A stretch of 64,000 nt of DNA. It comes from Fistulifera solaris (taxonomy: Eukaryota). Below are positions 1 to 10,656 of this stretch, one piece after another; position 1 is the stretch's first letter; each line of letters begins with the position of its first letter. The stretch is from positions 744,001 through 808,000 of the forward strand of contig AP026164.1 of assembly GCA_030295235.1 (NCBI GenBank). Direction: 5' to 3'. The position numbers and the translations under genes were made by a program. The notes below the pieces were generated by a model. The model saw nothing but the letters and a program-made list of their open reading frames with translations, had not been told where the DNA came from and ran no database searches.

Positions 1-34
1 GCTGTTTCTATTAAAATCATGTCAATTTTTTACT

Positions 35-1689
35 CTATAATAAAACATTGGATGATCTATGATTCAGAATATCGTCACCGGTGCTTGGTATGCTTTGGGG
101 AATCGGTGAATGCATTTCCAGATTGTCGGAAATACTGGAATCGACTCGAGTCATTCCGTGACGCCCGCTACTACAACATCCTTTCTTTCCGGTAGCTGTC
201 ATGTACAATATTGCCCCCAATCCCACTGTTGCCATGCTGAATAGGTAAGTTGTCCACGATGCGAGTAATAAGACTGCAACAGTCATAACAAGAGTCGGTG
301 CCAAGAATATAATGCACCCAGTCGTTCCAAAAGGAATTTTCCAGGGTCTATGTATATCGGGACGCGTAATGCGCAATTTGATAAAGGCCGCAAACTCGAA
401 AAGGAGCGATATTGAGTAATTGAAATTGAGCATTTCAATGAGATGGTCTAAGTCTGTTACACCCATCACAACAATCACCGCTGTGCCGAGAAGAATGCCG
501 TACGTTGGGGTTCCGTAGCGCGATCGTGTTGCAAAAATAGACGGAAGAAAACCGCGTTCAGCCATTCCCAGTATTTGAAAGGCATCCGAGGACAGTTCGG
601 CTAAAAAGAGCGCAACGTTGCTGATTCCCGCGGCAAAATGGTCCAATCGCCCAGCCACTGTCCAACGACTTCACTGGCGACTCGACCCAGATATCCATCC
701 ACCCAAGCACTTTGTGGAGCATCGGAAGCCCCCAACGCCACTAGAAGAGGAACAAAGTATCCCGCAGCCACAAGAACGAACCCCCACATCATCCCTTGTG
801 GGAAAATCTTGCCCGGATCTTCGACGTCGGCCGACAAGCACGCGGCGGCATCAAACGAATTGAGATTCCAAAACAAATTGTTGATGAAGGGTCTCCACAA
901 AACGCCTCCCCAAGTAATGCTGTCCCAAAACGATGTCCCGACGTCGTCGGCTACGACTGTTTCCGTGGGCATTTGAAACCATCGACTCGGATCGACTTTG
1001 AACGCCCCGACAATCGTGAGTATCATGAAAGGACTCATTGCGACGAAACAAATGGCAATGGCCATTTTTCCAACAACATCGAGACCCAAGTAGTTGACAT
1101 AAGCCAACGAAATGGAAATACTCGACAAGAGACAAAATCGTATGACGGGATGTCGGACACCACCGGCTTCCGGTGCATCGGAGTCCACGGGCTGCAGTAC
1201 TTCTACCACATAATCCAAGAACAAGACGGGATAGATCGCATTGTCCGTCGCTCCCGCAATCCAATTAAGATACCCCGAAATCCATCCCGCCATGGAACCA
1301 AAGGCTTCTTCGACCCACGCGACACCGCCGGACGATTCGGGAAAGGCTGCTCCCAATTCGGCCGTAATCGCCGCTTCTTGCAACGACCACAAGAAAGGCA
1401 TGATCAAAAATCCCAACAGTGTGTAAAAATTACCCGCTGATCGAACACTGGCTTCGACACCAAAGGGTCCTCCCGAGACATTGTAAAAGACAATGACGGC
1501 GAGGGGCAGAACACCAATCTTTCCGGGTAAGCCGTGGGGATTGTGTGGTGTTGGCAGGGCGTATTCGTCATCGAAGGCTGATTCCAGGTTGTCGCTATTG
1601 TGGATGAGATCGGATCGTTCTTCTTCTTGTGACAGCGAGGCATTGTGTGTCTCGGCAGACACTACGGAAAGGACGGGTTCGTCCTTCAT
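35..1689 (-). CDS. APC-superfamily amino acid/polyamine transporter (PUT/RMV1-like), paralog A, intronless
   Basis: Joins ORFs 601..1689 and 35..658. Motifs FYNVSGGPFGVE, EAAITAELGAAFPE, NLFWNLNSFD, GMAERGFLP..F..RSRYGTP, with many TM helices. One base missing in the A4 run at 635-638; adding it restores WTIFAAGISNVALF. Confidence 0.9.
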
Positions 1690-2250
1690 TCCTTTTCAAA
1701 ATAGAGATACAAAAAGACACCCAGCAAGTTGCAGCGCGTACAGATGAACTCAACAATTCAAAACAACAAAATTCGCTGCAAAGATGCAAGATCGGTGGTC
1801 TGACAGGGTAGTTCGTTGAATGCAAACACAATGACAACGACGGCAACGATGAATAACGCGCAAGCAAGCACGAAACGCAAAAGGTGTGTCCTTGTGTCGT
1901 CTGTTTCGGAAATTCCGAACCATCGAGCGAAGTTCGTCACAGTACAAAACGTGCGTTGTACGTTGGAGAAGCGTAGTATAGTCTACTTAGTCGTCTGGCC
2001 TCTCGTAGTAAAAATAATGTGTGGGAGGCAGAAGCGGCGTTTTGGTGACAGTTTCCGAATTTGACGGCGGTCAACCGAAATGATGGGGGCTGCGTTGATG
2101 CTTCTGCAAATCCAAGAGACGTCGAACGAAGTCTTCTTTGCATTTATTAACATCACGTTCATCGGGCTGTTTTTTCATAAACTCAAGCACTGCGAACGAT
2201 CTACAAAGTACTACAAAGTAGTCTCATATACATACACAAAGCAGGTAGCG

Positions 2251-4055
2251 ATGGTTGTGAATACCCTCGCTCACCACATGCCCGTCATTGCGGAAGGAGC
2301 GACGATCCCTGATGACGCCCCTTTCATCGAAAGTGACAACTTGATTCCTCATGAAACAACTCCTTTTGTACGATACAAACGACGATCTTCCAGTACAAGT
2401 TCGATCTTCCCCGACGACTTTTTTTGTTCCGGAAAAATTAGGTCTTGTCTCGTTTTCCATCTTGGTCTTTTACAATGTTTCCGGAGGACCCTTTGGAGTC
2501 GAAGCGAGTGTCCGCGCCGGCGGCAATTTTTATTCTTTACTGGGATTTCTCGTCGTTCCTTTGATATGGTCGTTACAAGAAGCGGCCATGACGGCCGAAT
2601 TGGGTGCGGCCTTTCCGGAAGCTTCGGGAGGAGTAGCGTGGGTGGAAGAAGCCTTTGGGTCGACGGCCGGTTGGATGTCGGGATATTTGAATTGGGTCGC
2701 GGGAGCGACCGACAATGCGATTTATCCAGTGCTCTTTTTAGAGTACGTCATGCAGATTTTCAAAGCCAGTGTACTGGAGGAAATTGAATCGGCGCACTCG
2801 GACACGATGCATCATTTGATTCGCATTTTTCTCATTACGGCGATATCCACGTCATTGGCGTATATCAACTGGTTGGGATTGGAGTTGGTGGGTCGTATTA
2901 GTATACTCATCTGCTTTGTCGCGATGAGTCCGTTCGTTCTACTCTTGCTCGTGGGTGCTGCCAAATGTGATCCCAGTCGGTGGTTTGAAATACCCGATCA
3001 AATTTGTTCGGATCATACCGTGAGCTTCTGGGAAAGTGGATTCGTGACGACGGGTGTCTTATGGCGACCCTTGATCAACAATTTGTATTGGAATTTGAAC
3101 TCTTTTGATGCAGCGGGAAGCTTTGCCGCCGATGTCGATGATCCCAACAAGACCTTTGCCCGGGGAATGATGTGGGGTCTCCTGCTTGTGACGATTGGCT
3201 ACTTTGTACCGTTATTGATTGCCACGGGAGCCTCCGATACGCCTCATTCCAGAGTGGGTGGAAGGCTATCTTGCCGGTATAGCCTTTGATGTGGGAGGAG
3301 TTTGGCTAGGAGCTTGGACTGTGTTTGCTGCCGGGGTCAGCAATATTGCCATGTTTCAAGCAGAGATGAGTGCTGATGCCTATCAAGGTACGTCTCGAAA
3401 AATGATAAAAGTCGCCATTTCATTTGCCATGTGTTTTATTGATTACTATTCTCACTCGTTCACCTTGGTTAAAAACTTCACTTCTTGCTTCAACTATACC
3501 TTACGGTTCTTACGTTTTACAATTTCCGATACAACTTTCCTGTATTTTTTCAACATTCACTACGTTATTTAATTCACTCGAATGGGACTATAATGGGCTA
3601 CAGTGATGGGAATGGCGGAGCGAGGCTTTTTGCCCAAGATTTTCGCTCGCCGCAGTCGACAAGGAACACCCACTTACGGTATCCTACTTGGAACAGCGGT
3701 CATCATTGTGGCTTCGTCATTCTCTAATTTTGACGAACTCGTGGAGATGCTCAACTTCATGTACACTCTTTCTCTCGTGTTTGAATTTGCTGCCTTTATC
3801 AAGCTCCGAGTATCGCACAGCGAGACACATCGCCCATGGAAAGTGCCGCTCAATACCTTTGGTTGCATTCTGTTTTTGCTGCCAACTATGGTCTTTATGG
3901 TCATTATTATTGTCATTGCTTCATGGAAGAGTTACGTATTTGCTCTCGTCTTTGGAATGATTGGTTTTTTCTTATTTCTGTCATCCGAGTCGCGGAGACA
4001 AGCCAGTCGACGGAACAAGGAGGGCAGTTCTGCCGACGATAAAGATAAGCTGTAA
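2251..4055 (+). CDS. APC-superfamily amino acid/polyamine transporter, paralog B (intron 3388..3603)
   Basis: ATG at 2251 with the same motifs as paralog A. Frameshifts at the T7 run 2419-2425 and near 3250. Removing GT..AG intron 3388..3603 gives SADAYQ-V-MGMAERG. Confidence 0.88.
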
Positions 4056-4410
4056 CATTATCAATGAAACAAAGTGCCCTCCCATACAGTCCTTTGCGAG
4101 TGGAAGTGAATAGCTGGGAAGCAGAAGAGGTTGCTAGATCCATTTGTGTCGCTATCCTTGTGTTCATTTTTGATTTTATGGTTTAGACTAAAGAGCAAGT
4201 AACCTTTCATTTTGCGAGATAGAGACGAAAGAAGATTAGATTTTCGCTTTGCTCGGTTTTAAGGGTACTGGTACTGAAGGCCGCTAGGATGACTTTCGCT
4301 AGTGATAGTTCCGCAAAAGTTCTACTCCGGAGTACTATACCCGGTACCGGTACCGGTACTCCTTTGCCTGGTAGAACAAACTGTTTTGCTTTTTTACCAC
4401 GACTGGAATT

Positions 4411-4430
4411 CAGTCATGACTCATGACTGG
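4411..4430. promoter_or_regulatory. Palindromic CAGTCATGACTCATGACTG element centred on TGACTCA (putative bZIP site)
   Basis: Near-perfect 19-bp palindrome. The same TCATGACTCATGACTGG occurs at 60892..60908, with partial copies at 46858..46871 and 51540..51548, all intergenic. Confidence 0.4.
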
Positions 4431-4783
4431 CAATAGCAGTACCGGGTCATCCCCTCCTTCTTTTTCGCCCATACTGGTCTGCGCGCCCCAATCGCGCTAT
4501 TCTTTTTTCTTCGAGTGTCTCTTTGTCATCGCAAGAAAGGTGACGAAAAACGGTCCAGCTGGCGAAACACGACACAAAACCATTCATACCTGATACCTGG
4601 TACTGGTATGACAGCGTCGTAATTCAGATACGCGTCATCGTTATTACTTTTCTTTCCAGCTCGATCAACCACGCCATTCTCTGAATTCACAATTGCCACG
4701 GAGCCCTTACTTCGCAAGATCCTCAAAATATCTGATATCACAGCTGTAATTGAGCTATTACTGGAAAAGTATTATTTTGCAAC

Positions 4784-6139
4784 ATGCAAGCTACAGAGAA
4801 AACGGCTGCTTCTATTCTCAGGAAAAGACCCGTCGGAGGGACAAAAACAAAAGTAGACAATGTGCCTCCGCTCGTGACGCTCCGCTTGGATTCAGCGGTG
4901 TCCATTAGCACGAGTGCGTCTTCTGAGTCAATATCGAATGATTTTGGTAAAGTTTACGTGCCACCGCCACTCGTCACTCAGACTTCCGTTCTCCTGGTGG
5001 GCTTTTTTATATTTATTCTGGCAACAGTATATCCTCCGCTAATTCTTCTGCTTGCCTACATGGTTTCCAAACTCATTCCGTATTCGTTTCGCGTGAACGA
5101 CGACGCGGCTTCGAGGCGAACATTGTTTGCCGAATTCACCAAGCGGGATGATCTACCGGACGAATTCAAGCAACTCCCCAGCCACATTTTACTGGAAGAG
5201 TCGTATTGGGTCAACTCAAGGTATGTATCTTTCTTGTTTGTCGCACAAGTAAGCCTATGTAGTAGTTTCACTGACTTTATTTGTTGTGCAGAGGCATGGC
5301 GTTATGTACAACAACGATGACACCGAAAAACAAGCCGATCCGCGCTGTTGTTTGTTTCTGCCACGGTTATACGGACAATGTAAGCTATATGAAGCAGATC
5401 GAGTACCAAAGGCTTGTGGATGAAGGAATCGCTTTTGTGGCCATAGAATATGAAGGACATGGTCGGTCCGACGGTTCTCTAGGGCTGATCAACGACTGGA
5501 ACTGTTTAATTGAGGATGTGTCTTCCTTTTTCAGGAAATTTCTAGGACCCGATTTGTAGGAAAAAGTATCTTTCTTATGGGTGAATCGATGGGGGAGCAG
5601 TTGCGTACTGCACATACAAACGCATCCCACACATTTTCCGCGGAGTCGTCTTTGTGTGTCCGATGTGCAAGATCAGCGACGATATGTTGCCTCCCCAGTG
5701 GGTCGTAAACACACTTATCTGGTTGATTGGACCTTCGGGGAGTACGTCGTTTCTCGGTTATCTTCCGATTGCTCCGGCGAAACAAAATGTGGGCGAAGTG
5801 GCGAACAAACTAGAAGAGAAACGTATTGTAAATGGGCGCGCTCCGCTCAATTATGAACGAAATCCTCGTTTGGCGACAGCTCGTGAACTCATCAAAGCTA
5901 CACAAAGTATCTCGAGCAGCTTATCAGAATTCGATGCCAGCTTCTTAGTAATACACGGGAAAGACGACCGCGTCACAGATCCAAAGTTGTCACAATCACT
6001 TTATGAGGAATCCAAATCGAAAGACAAGTCCCTTCGACTTTACGATGGAATGTGGCACGGTTTGACCAGTACGGAGCCAGACGAGAATATCGATCTTGTC
6101 TTTAGCGACGCTATTGCATGGATTTTGCAGCGTTCTTAG
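4784..6139 (+). CDS. Alpha/beta hydrolase, monoacylglycerol lipase/lysophospholipase-like, with N-terminal TM segment
   Basis: CHGY, YEGHGRSDG, GESMGG (restored by +1 G at about 5590-5595), IHGKDDRVTD, GMWHGL. Intron 5221..5291. A further frameshift near 5530. Confidence 0.88.
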
Positions 6140-6199
6140 ATGCAGAGACTGATTTTTACATAGAGTAGATTAGACTTAAATTATCACATTTGGTATTGT

Positions 6200-8514
6200 T
6201 CAGTGTAATTCAGCCGCTTTTAGACTCCATTCAGAAGCGACTTTCATTTTCCCTGCGTTCACAGCCTCGTCGGCAGCAAGTGCATACAATCTAGAAGCTT
6301 CGTCAACTTTGCCCAGCCTCTCTTTTACTTGTGCAAGGTCTGCAAGCAGATCATATGTTTCTATTGCAAATTTATCGTCGTCTTCACCCTCGCCACCGAA
6401 AGCCTCCTCGTCCGACAAGGGGCCACCTAAAGTTGTTTGAGTGGCTGTCGGAGGAATGAGTAAACGTACATGGTTTTTTCCAAGTGTTTCTAAAGATCCG
6501 TCGTCGTCGTAACAAACGGTGATGGAATTTCCGTCATCGGCAACCGACTGGACAGTACCGCTGTAATAAGTGCCCTCCAAGCTGTAGTTCCCCTCGACTC
6601 GGTCACCTGTGTTGAATGTCGGTTGCGTGGATAGTCTTAAGCTTCTCGTCTTGTGACGTGTTGCTTCGTCTTTCTCCTCTGTGGCTGAATTAATTAAATT
6701 AACAGTATCAGCTAAAATTTGTTCCATCATTTCATCGGAACATGACTGTTCACCAATCAGAGACGATTCGTCTCTTAAAATTTGAATCAGCAGGCATCCA
6801 GCTGCTGCTTTTGGTGACGAAGGAGTGTAAGGGCTATTCATCGCTCTTCTCAAGAGTTCTTTCGCGCCCTCGAAATCAACCGGAATAATTGAACTGAGTA
6901 AGTTTGATACCGATGACTCAAGATTTGCCTGGACACGAGCAAGGGCTAAACAAGCTGGTGCGTTATGAAGCGCTGCCGCATACGAGAGATGAAAAACCAC
7001 GGAAGCAACATCGTGGTCGTCCACAGCGTCACCGTGGTAGTCAGGAACTGTCTCGGGAAATCGGCCCATGCCATGTAGAACAGCAAGCTGGTAGTGAATT
7101 TTCCCAAGATTTTTGGTCGTTTCGTCGCTTGGAACCATCGGGGCAGAGACCTTCCTAACGATAGCACTTCCACGAAGCTTGGAGTATCCATCTGAATCAT
7201 TTCTTTTGAAATGCCGCTCGCGAAGCTCACCTGATATTTTGCGATGAAAATCACGATGCGAAAATTCCAAGTCGTGCTTGGCTCGGATCAGACATGCAGT
7301 AATTTCATCAACATCACTAGAACTACGTGCCAAACCAGGTGATCTGGGTTTTAGGAGAGAGTGTCGAACTCTGTCACTGATCGACTGGCGACGCGATATG
7401 TTAGACTGCCTTTGCGTATCTTGGAGTCCTTCTGGTAGTAAGTCTCTGGGGTTTAGTAACGCACTTTGTCGCCGCATCCTGTTTGCATCGAGCTTTTGGA
7501 ATGTATTAACTTCTTCTTCCAATGAAGCGTCATCGTCCGAGATCGTCTCTTCATCCTCTTCATACTTTGCTTGACTTTTGAGCTCATTTCGTGAGAGAGG
7601 AAACACTGGAATCCCTAATGCGTCAGATAAGGTGGAATGGCGAAAGTTTTTGAAAAATAAAGCCATGCCTCTGGGACCCAAATCACCATCTCCAAATCTA
7701 TAATCACTGGACAACACTTGGGGGTCAGTGTAGAGATCCCCGACACCTTGAATATCTGCAACCAGACGATTCCCTTGACTGGCATGGAAGGAGAATGCGC
7801 TGAAAACTTGTGGTGTGATTCGTCTTAAATCAGTGTCAACAAATCCAGCGTTCGTATTGTGCTTTACAAAACCAGCCCCATAGCGATCCGTTCCGGCAAT
7901 AAACCTCTCCACGGCGAACCATGGCTTTCCGGGTCGATCAGGAAACTCAACAGCATAGGCCCGGATAAAAACGATCTTGCTGGGTGGTTCACAAGCATTG
8001 AACCTAGTCGCCCAATATTGCGCCTCGTATTGCAACATGATGTCGTTTTGTACTGCTCGCTTTGCCTCATCGGAAGTGTCGATTACCCCACCCTTGTGAT
8101 AAGCTTTGGCAACATAGTTGTTCGCATAGGCCCAGCCAAGTTTGTGAAAGCCTCGATTTGTTGCAGACAATGGTGGTTGGGCCCGCTTCTTCATCCGATA
8201 ACAAAATCGCATAGCGCCGTTGGTAAAAGAATCTCTCTCGATCTTTACAATCGTTTCGTCGGATGTCCATGACTCTTCTTGGGGATTATAAAGATGACTT
8301 TTCAGCAGAAGAATAATGAGGAAGGCATCCTCTTTTTATAGTACTCGCACATCAACTCTTACCGAATAACTCTCTCCGCCGGAATCTTATGTATCTCGTG
8401 TTTCGCCCAAGGATCGCCTTCCTCAATGGCTTGTGCAGCCGATGAGCGCAAAAGTTGCAGCACGCTCTTCTTTCGCGCATTGCGATCGGCTTGCTGGATT
8501 GTTGCGGTGTCCAT
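6200..8514 (-). CDS. Alpha-kinase, eukaryotic elongation factor 2 kinase-like, with C-terminal SEL1/TPR-like helices and Tudor-like insert
   Basis: Exon 1 is 8363..8514 (GDPWAKHEIHKIPAERVIR), intron 8298..8362, exon 2 reads HLYNPQEESWTSDETIVKIERDSFTNGAMRFCYR. Alpha-kinase motifs KHNTNAGFV, VADIQGVGDLYTDPQ, FGDGDLGPRGM. LGKIHYQLA resembles the eEF2K C-terminal region. Confidence 0.88.
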
Positions 8515-9947
8515 GGTAGCAGCGATCAGAGGTGGGGTCCACTTGACGTTCGCAGGCGTCGCATGGTGAATTGTGAAAAGAAATGCGCTTTTTTTCACAA
8601 TCCTTTTTCTCCCGTTCGATTTTGCGTTTATTGCACGCAGAATTTGGGAGTGGCGAGGCGCGAGGTCTTGTGAGTGCCGCTCCGTTAGTCCCGAGATATT
8701 AATACAGCGATGATTATTTCGGTTCCGGAATTTTCCACCGACATTCGTCTTCAAAGCGTCATCTTAGTAACGAATCTATCTTACTTGGTAAGTCGTCGCT
8801 GCTCGTTGTATTGGTGCTGGTGTCGAATGGTCGTCTTCAATACCTTTCTAGGTCGGACATCGGTTAGAGGAGCGACTATCTAGCAACAATGTGCTCGACG
8901 GAGGACCTCAATAAGAATATTAAAGATGAGTTCACTTGCTACAACACACAGCGTAAAGCATCCTGGAAAGTTTTGTTTGAAGATATTGATTGCAAAACAA
9001 CTAGGAATCTTAAGCCTATTGGCATTGAAACTGAGAATTTTTGAGTCGAGTACCAGCCGATGATATTTTATCAAAGGCAAATCTTCTTATTTACTAAGAT
9101 TACTGAAAAAAGTTACGCGTGCTTGAAGAGCATCTCGGTGCTAACTTGCCGACGACAATTCCCTTGACGACTGACGTTTCGCCTCTCATGCTTCTCACGC
9201 CTCTCACCCTGTGGGTAAAGCCGAGGTACCAAAACGTTTTAAGCATCCCACGACCAGCATTTCCGACAATTTGGAATAGCAAACACAAAAAGAACGGTGA
9301 AGCCCTATTTCCGCTGTCACTTCTTACGGAATAGTATGACTTATAAAATGAATTTCCTTGGTAAAAGTAGCCAAAAATGGAAAAACTGTTCTCCCAGAGG
9401 TCGCTGATTCACATGTGAACACAGGCTGTGACAACTGGGCAACAATCAAGAGTGCTCTTGCTCTGAACTTTTCAAAATCTAGTCGTTGTGGCAACTTTCG
9501 TTTATGACTGCAATCGATTGGACCAAAATGGTACATCACCGAAACCTCTTTCAGGTTTCTTCATGCTCAAAACAGCGTTTCAAGAAGGAAAAGACTTTCA
9601 GGAAAGCGCAAGAAGATTATAATGACGAATGGTGAATGACCCCAAAGTGCATCATTGTCACGGCTCACTGCCAAGAACTTTCATTCAATGCAAAGAAACA
9701 AGAAAATGACCGACATTTTCGTTATTTCTTCAGGCCTTTTAAGGTCTTTTACTATGAATCAGATACAACATTAAAAATTACTCCGGGGTAGCAAGAATTG
9801 AAGATATCTTTCGAAAGGTCGTCGATCTGCTCGGCACGACTTGGGCCAAATTTGATCCTGATCGTTTTTCAAGGTGTGTTTGCCTTGCATTTTGTTGGCC
9901 AAAGACATGGATTGAAAACACAAGGTCTATACTGTAGGATCTAAATG

Positions 9948-9987
9948 ATACGGAGTACTCCGTATAACCTTGGATCGGTACCGGTAC
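9948..9987. promoter_or_regulatory. 18-bp perfect palindrome ATACGGAGTACTCCGTAT next to GTACCGGTAC
   Basis: Read directly from sequence. The same motif pair recurs at 4323..4359 and 47025..47047. Confidence 0.35.
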
Positions 9988-10656
9988 TCAAAAATTGTTG
10001 CATGTCACAGTATGTTCGGAAAATGTCACCGAGGGTGTGCGGACTGCGGACAGACTTGAACCTTTTCAGTCTAGTCTCGTGAATAAAGGTAAGACGACTC
10101 ATTTTTCAAAGTCAGTCATGTCGCAGCGACATTTCCAATACACTTTGAAATGTAGATTTGTTGGTTTTAAAACTTAAAACTTGGAAGTCTTTTCGGATCT
10201 TTGACACATACTTGGACTGTCTGCCATTGTGTAGAATGGAAAACGTTGACAAAATTCTTGATCTTGATCTTTTCGCTCGCCAGCGCGATCCGACAACCTT
10301 TGGTGCGCTGCTTGCTGCCACCAACGCTGTTTGAAGCATCCATCAATAATGCAGACGATTTAACAACGATCTTGTTGTCATTACCCACTGCACACTGACA
10401 TCTTCTATTCAGTAAAGAAAGCTGTGTCATTGAATTGCTTTATAGAACAAAAGCAAACAGCAGCAGGCAACCACACCTACGGAAGTGCTTTGTTGAACTC
10501 AATTTCTTTCCATTTTCTCGTGTCTTGTTCACGAATCTTGGAGTTATATTCTGATTGATTGATCGACGGATACGTTTGTACACATTCTCCAAGAAGATTG
10601 GAATACTCGCACGATTTATCTACCTGCTGGCTACCGTTTTTACATCGCGCACTATT

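Noticed and set aside
8760..10550. Short ORFs in the kinase/Myb-HDAC divergent spacer
   Set aside because: All under 90 aa, mostly non-ATG starts, no motifs or consistent splice pattern.
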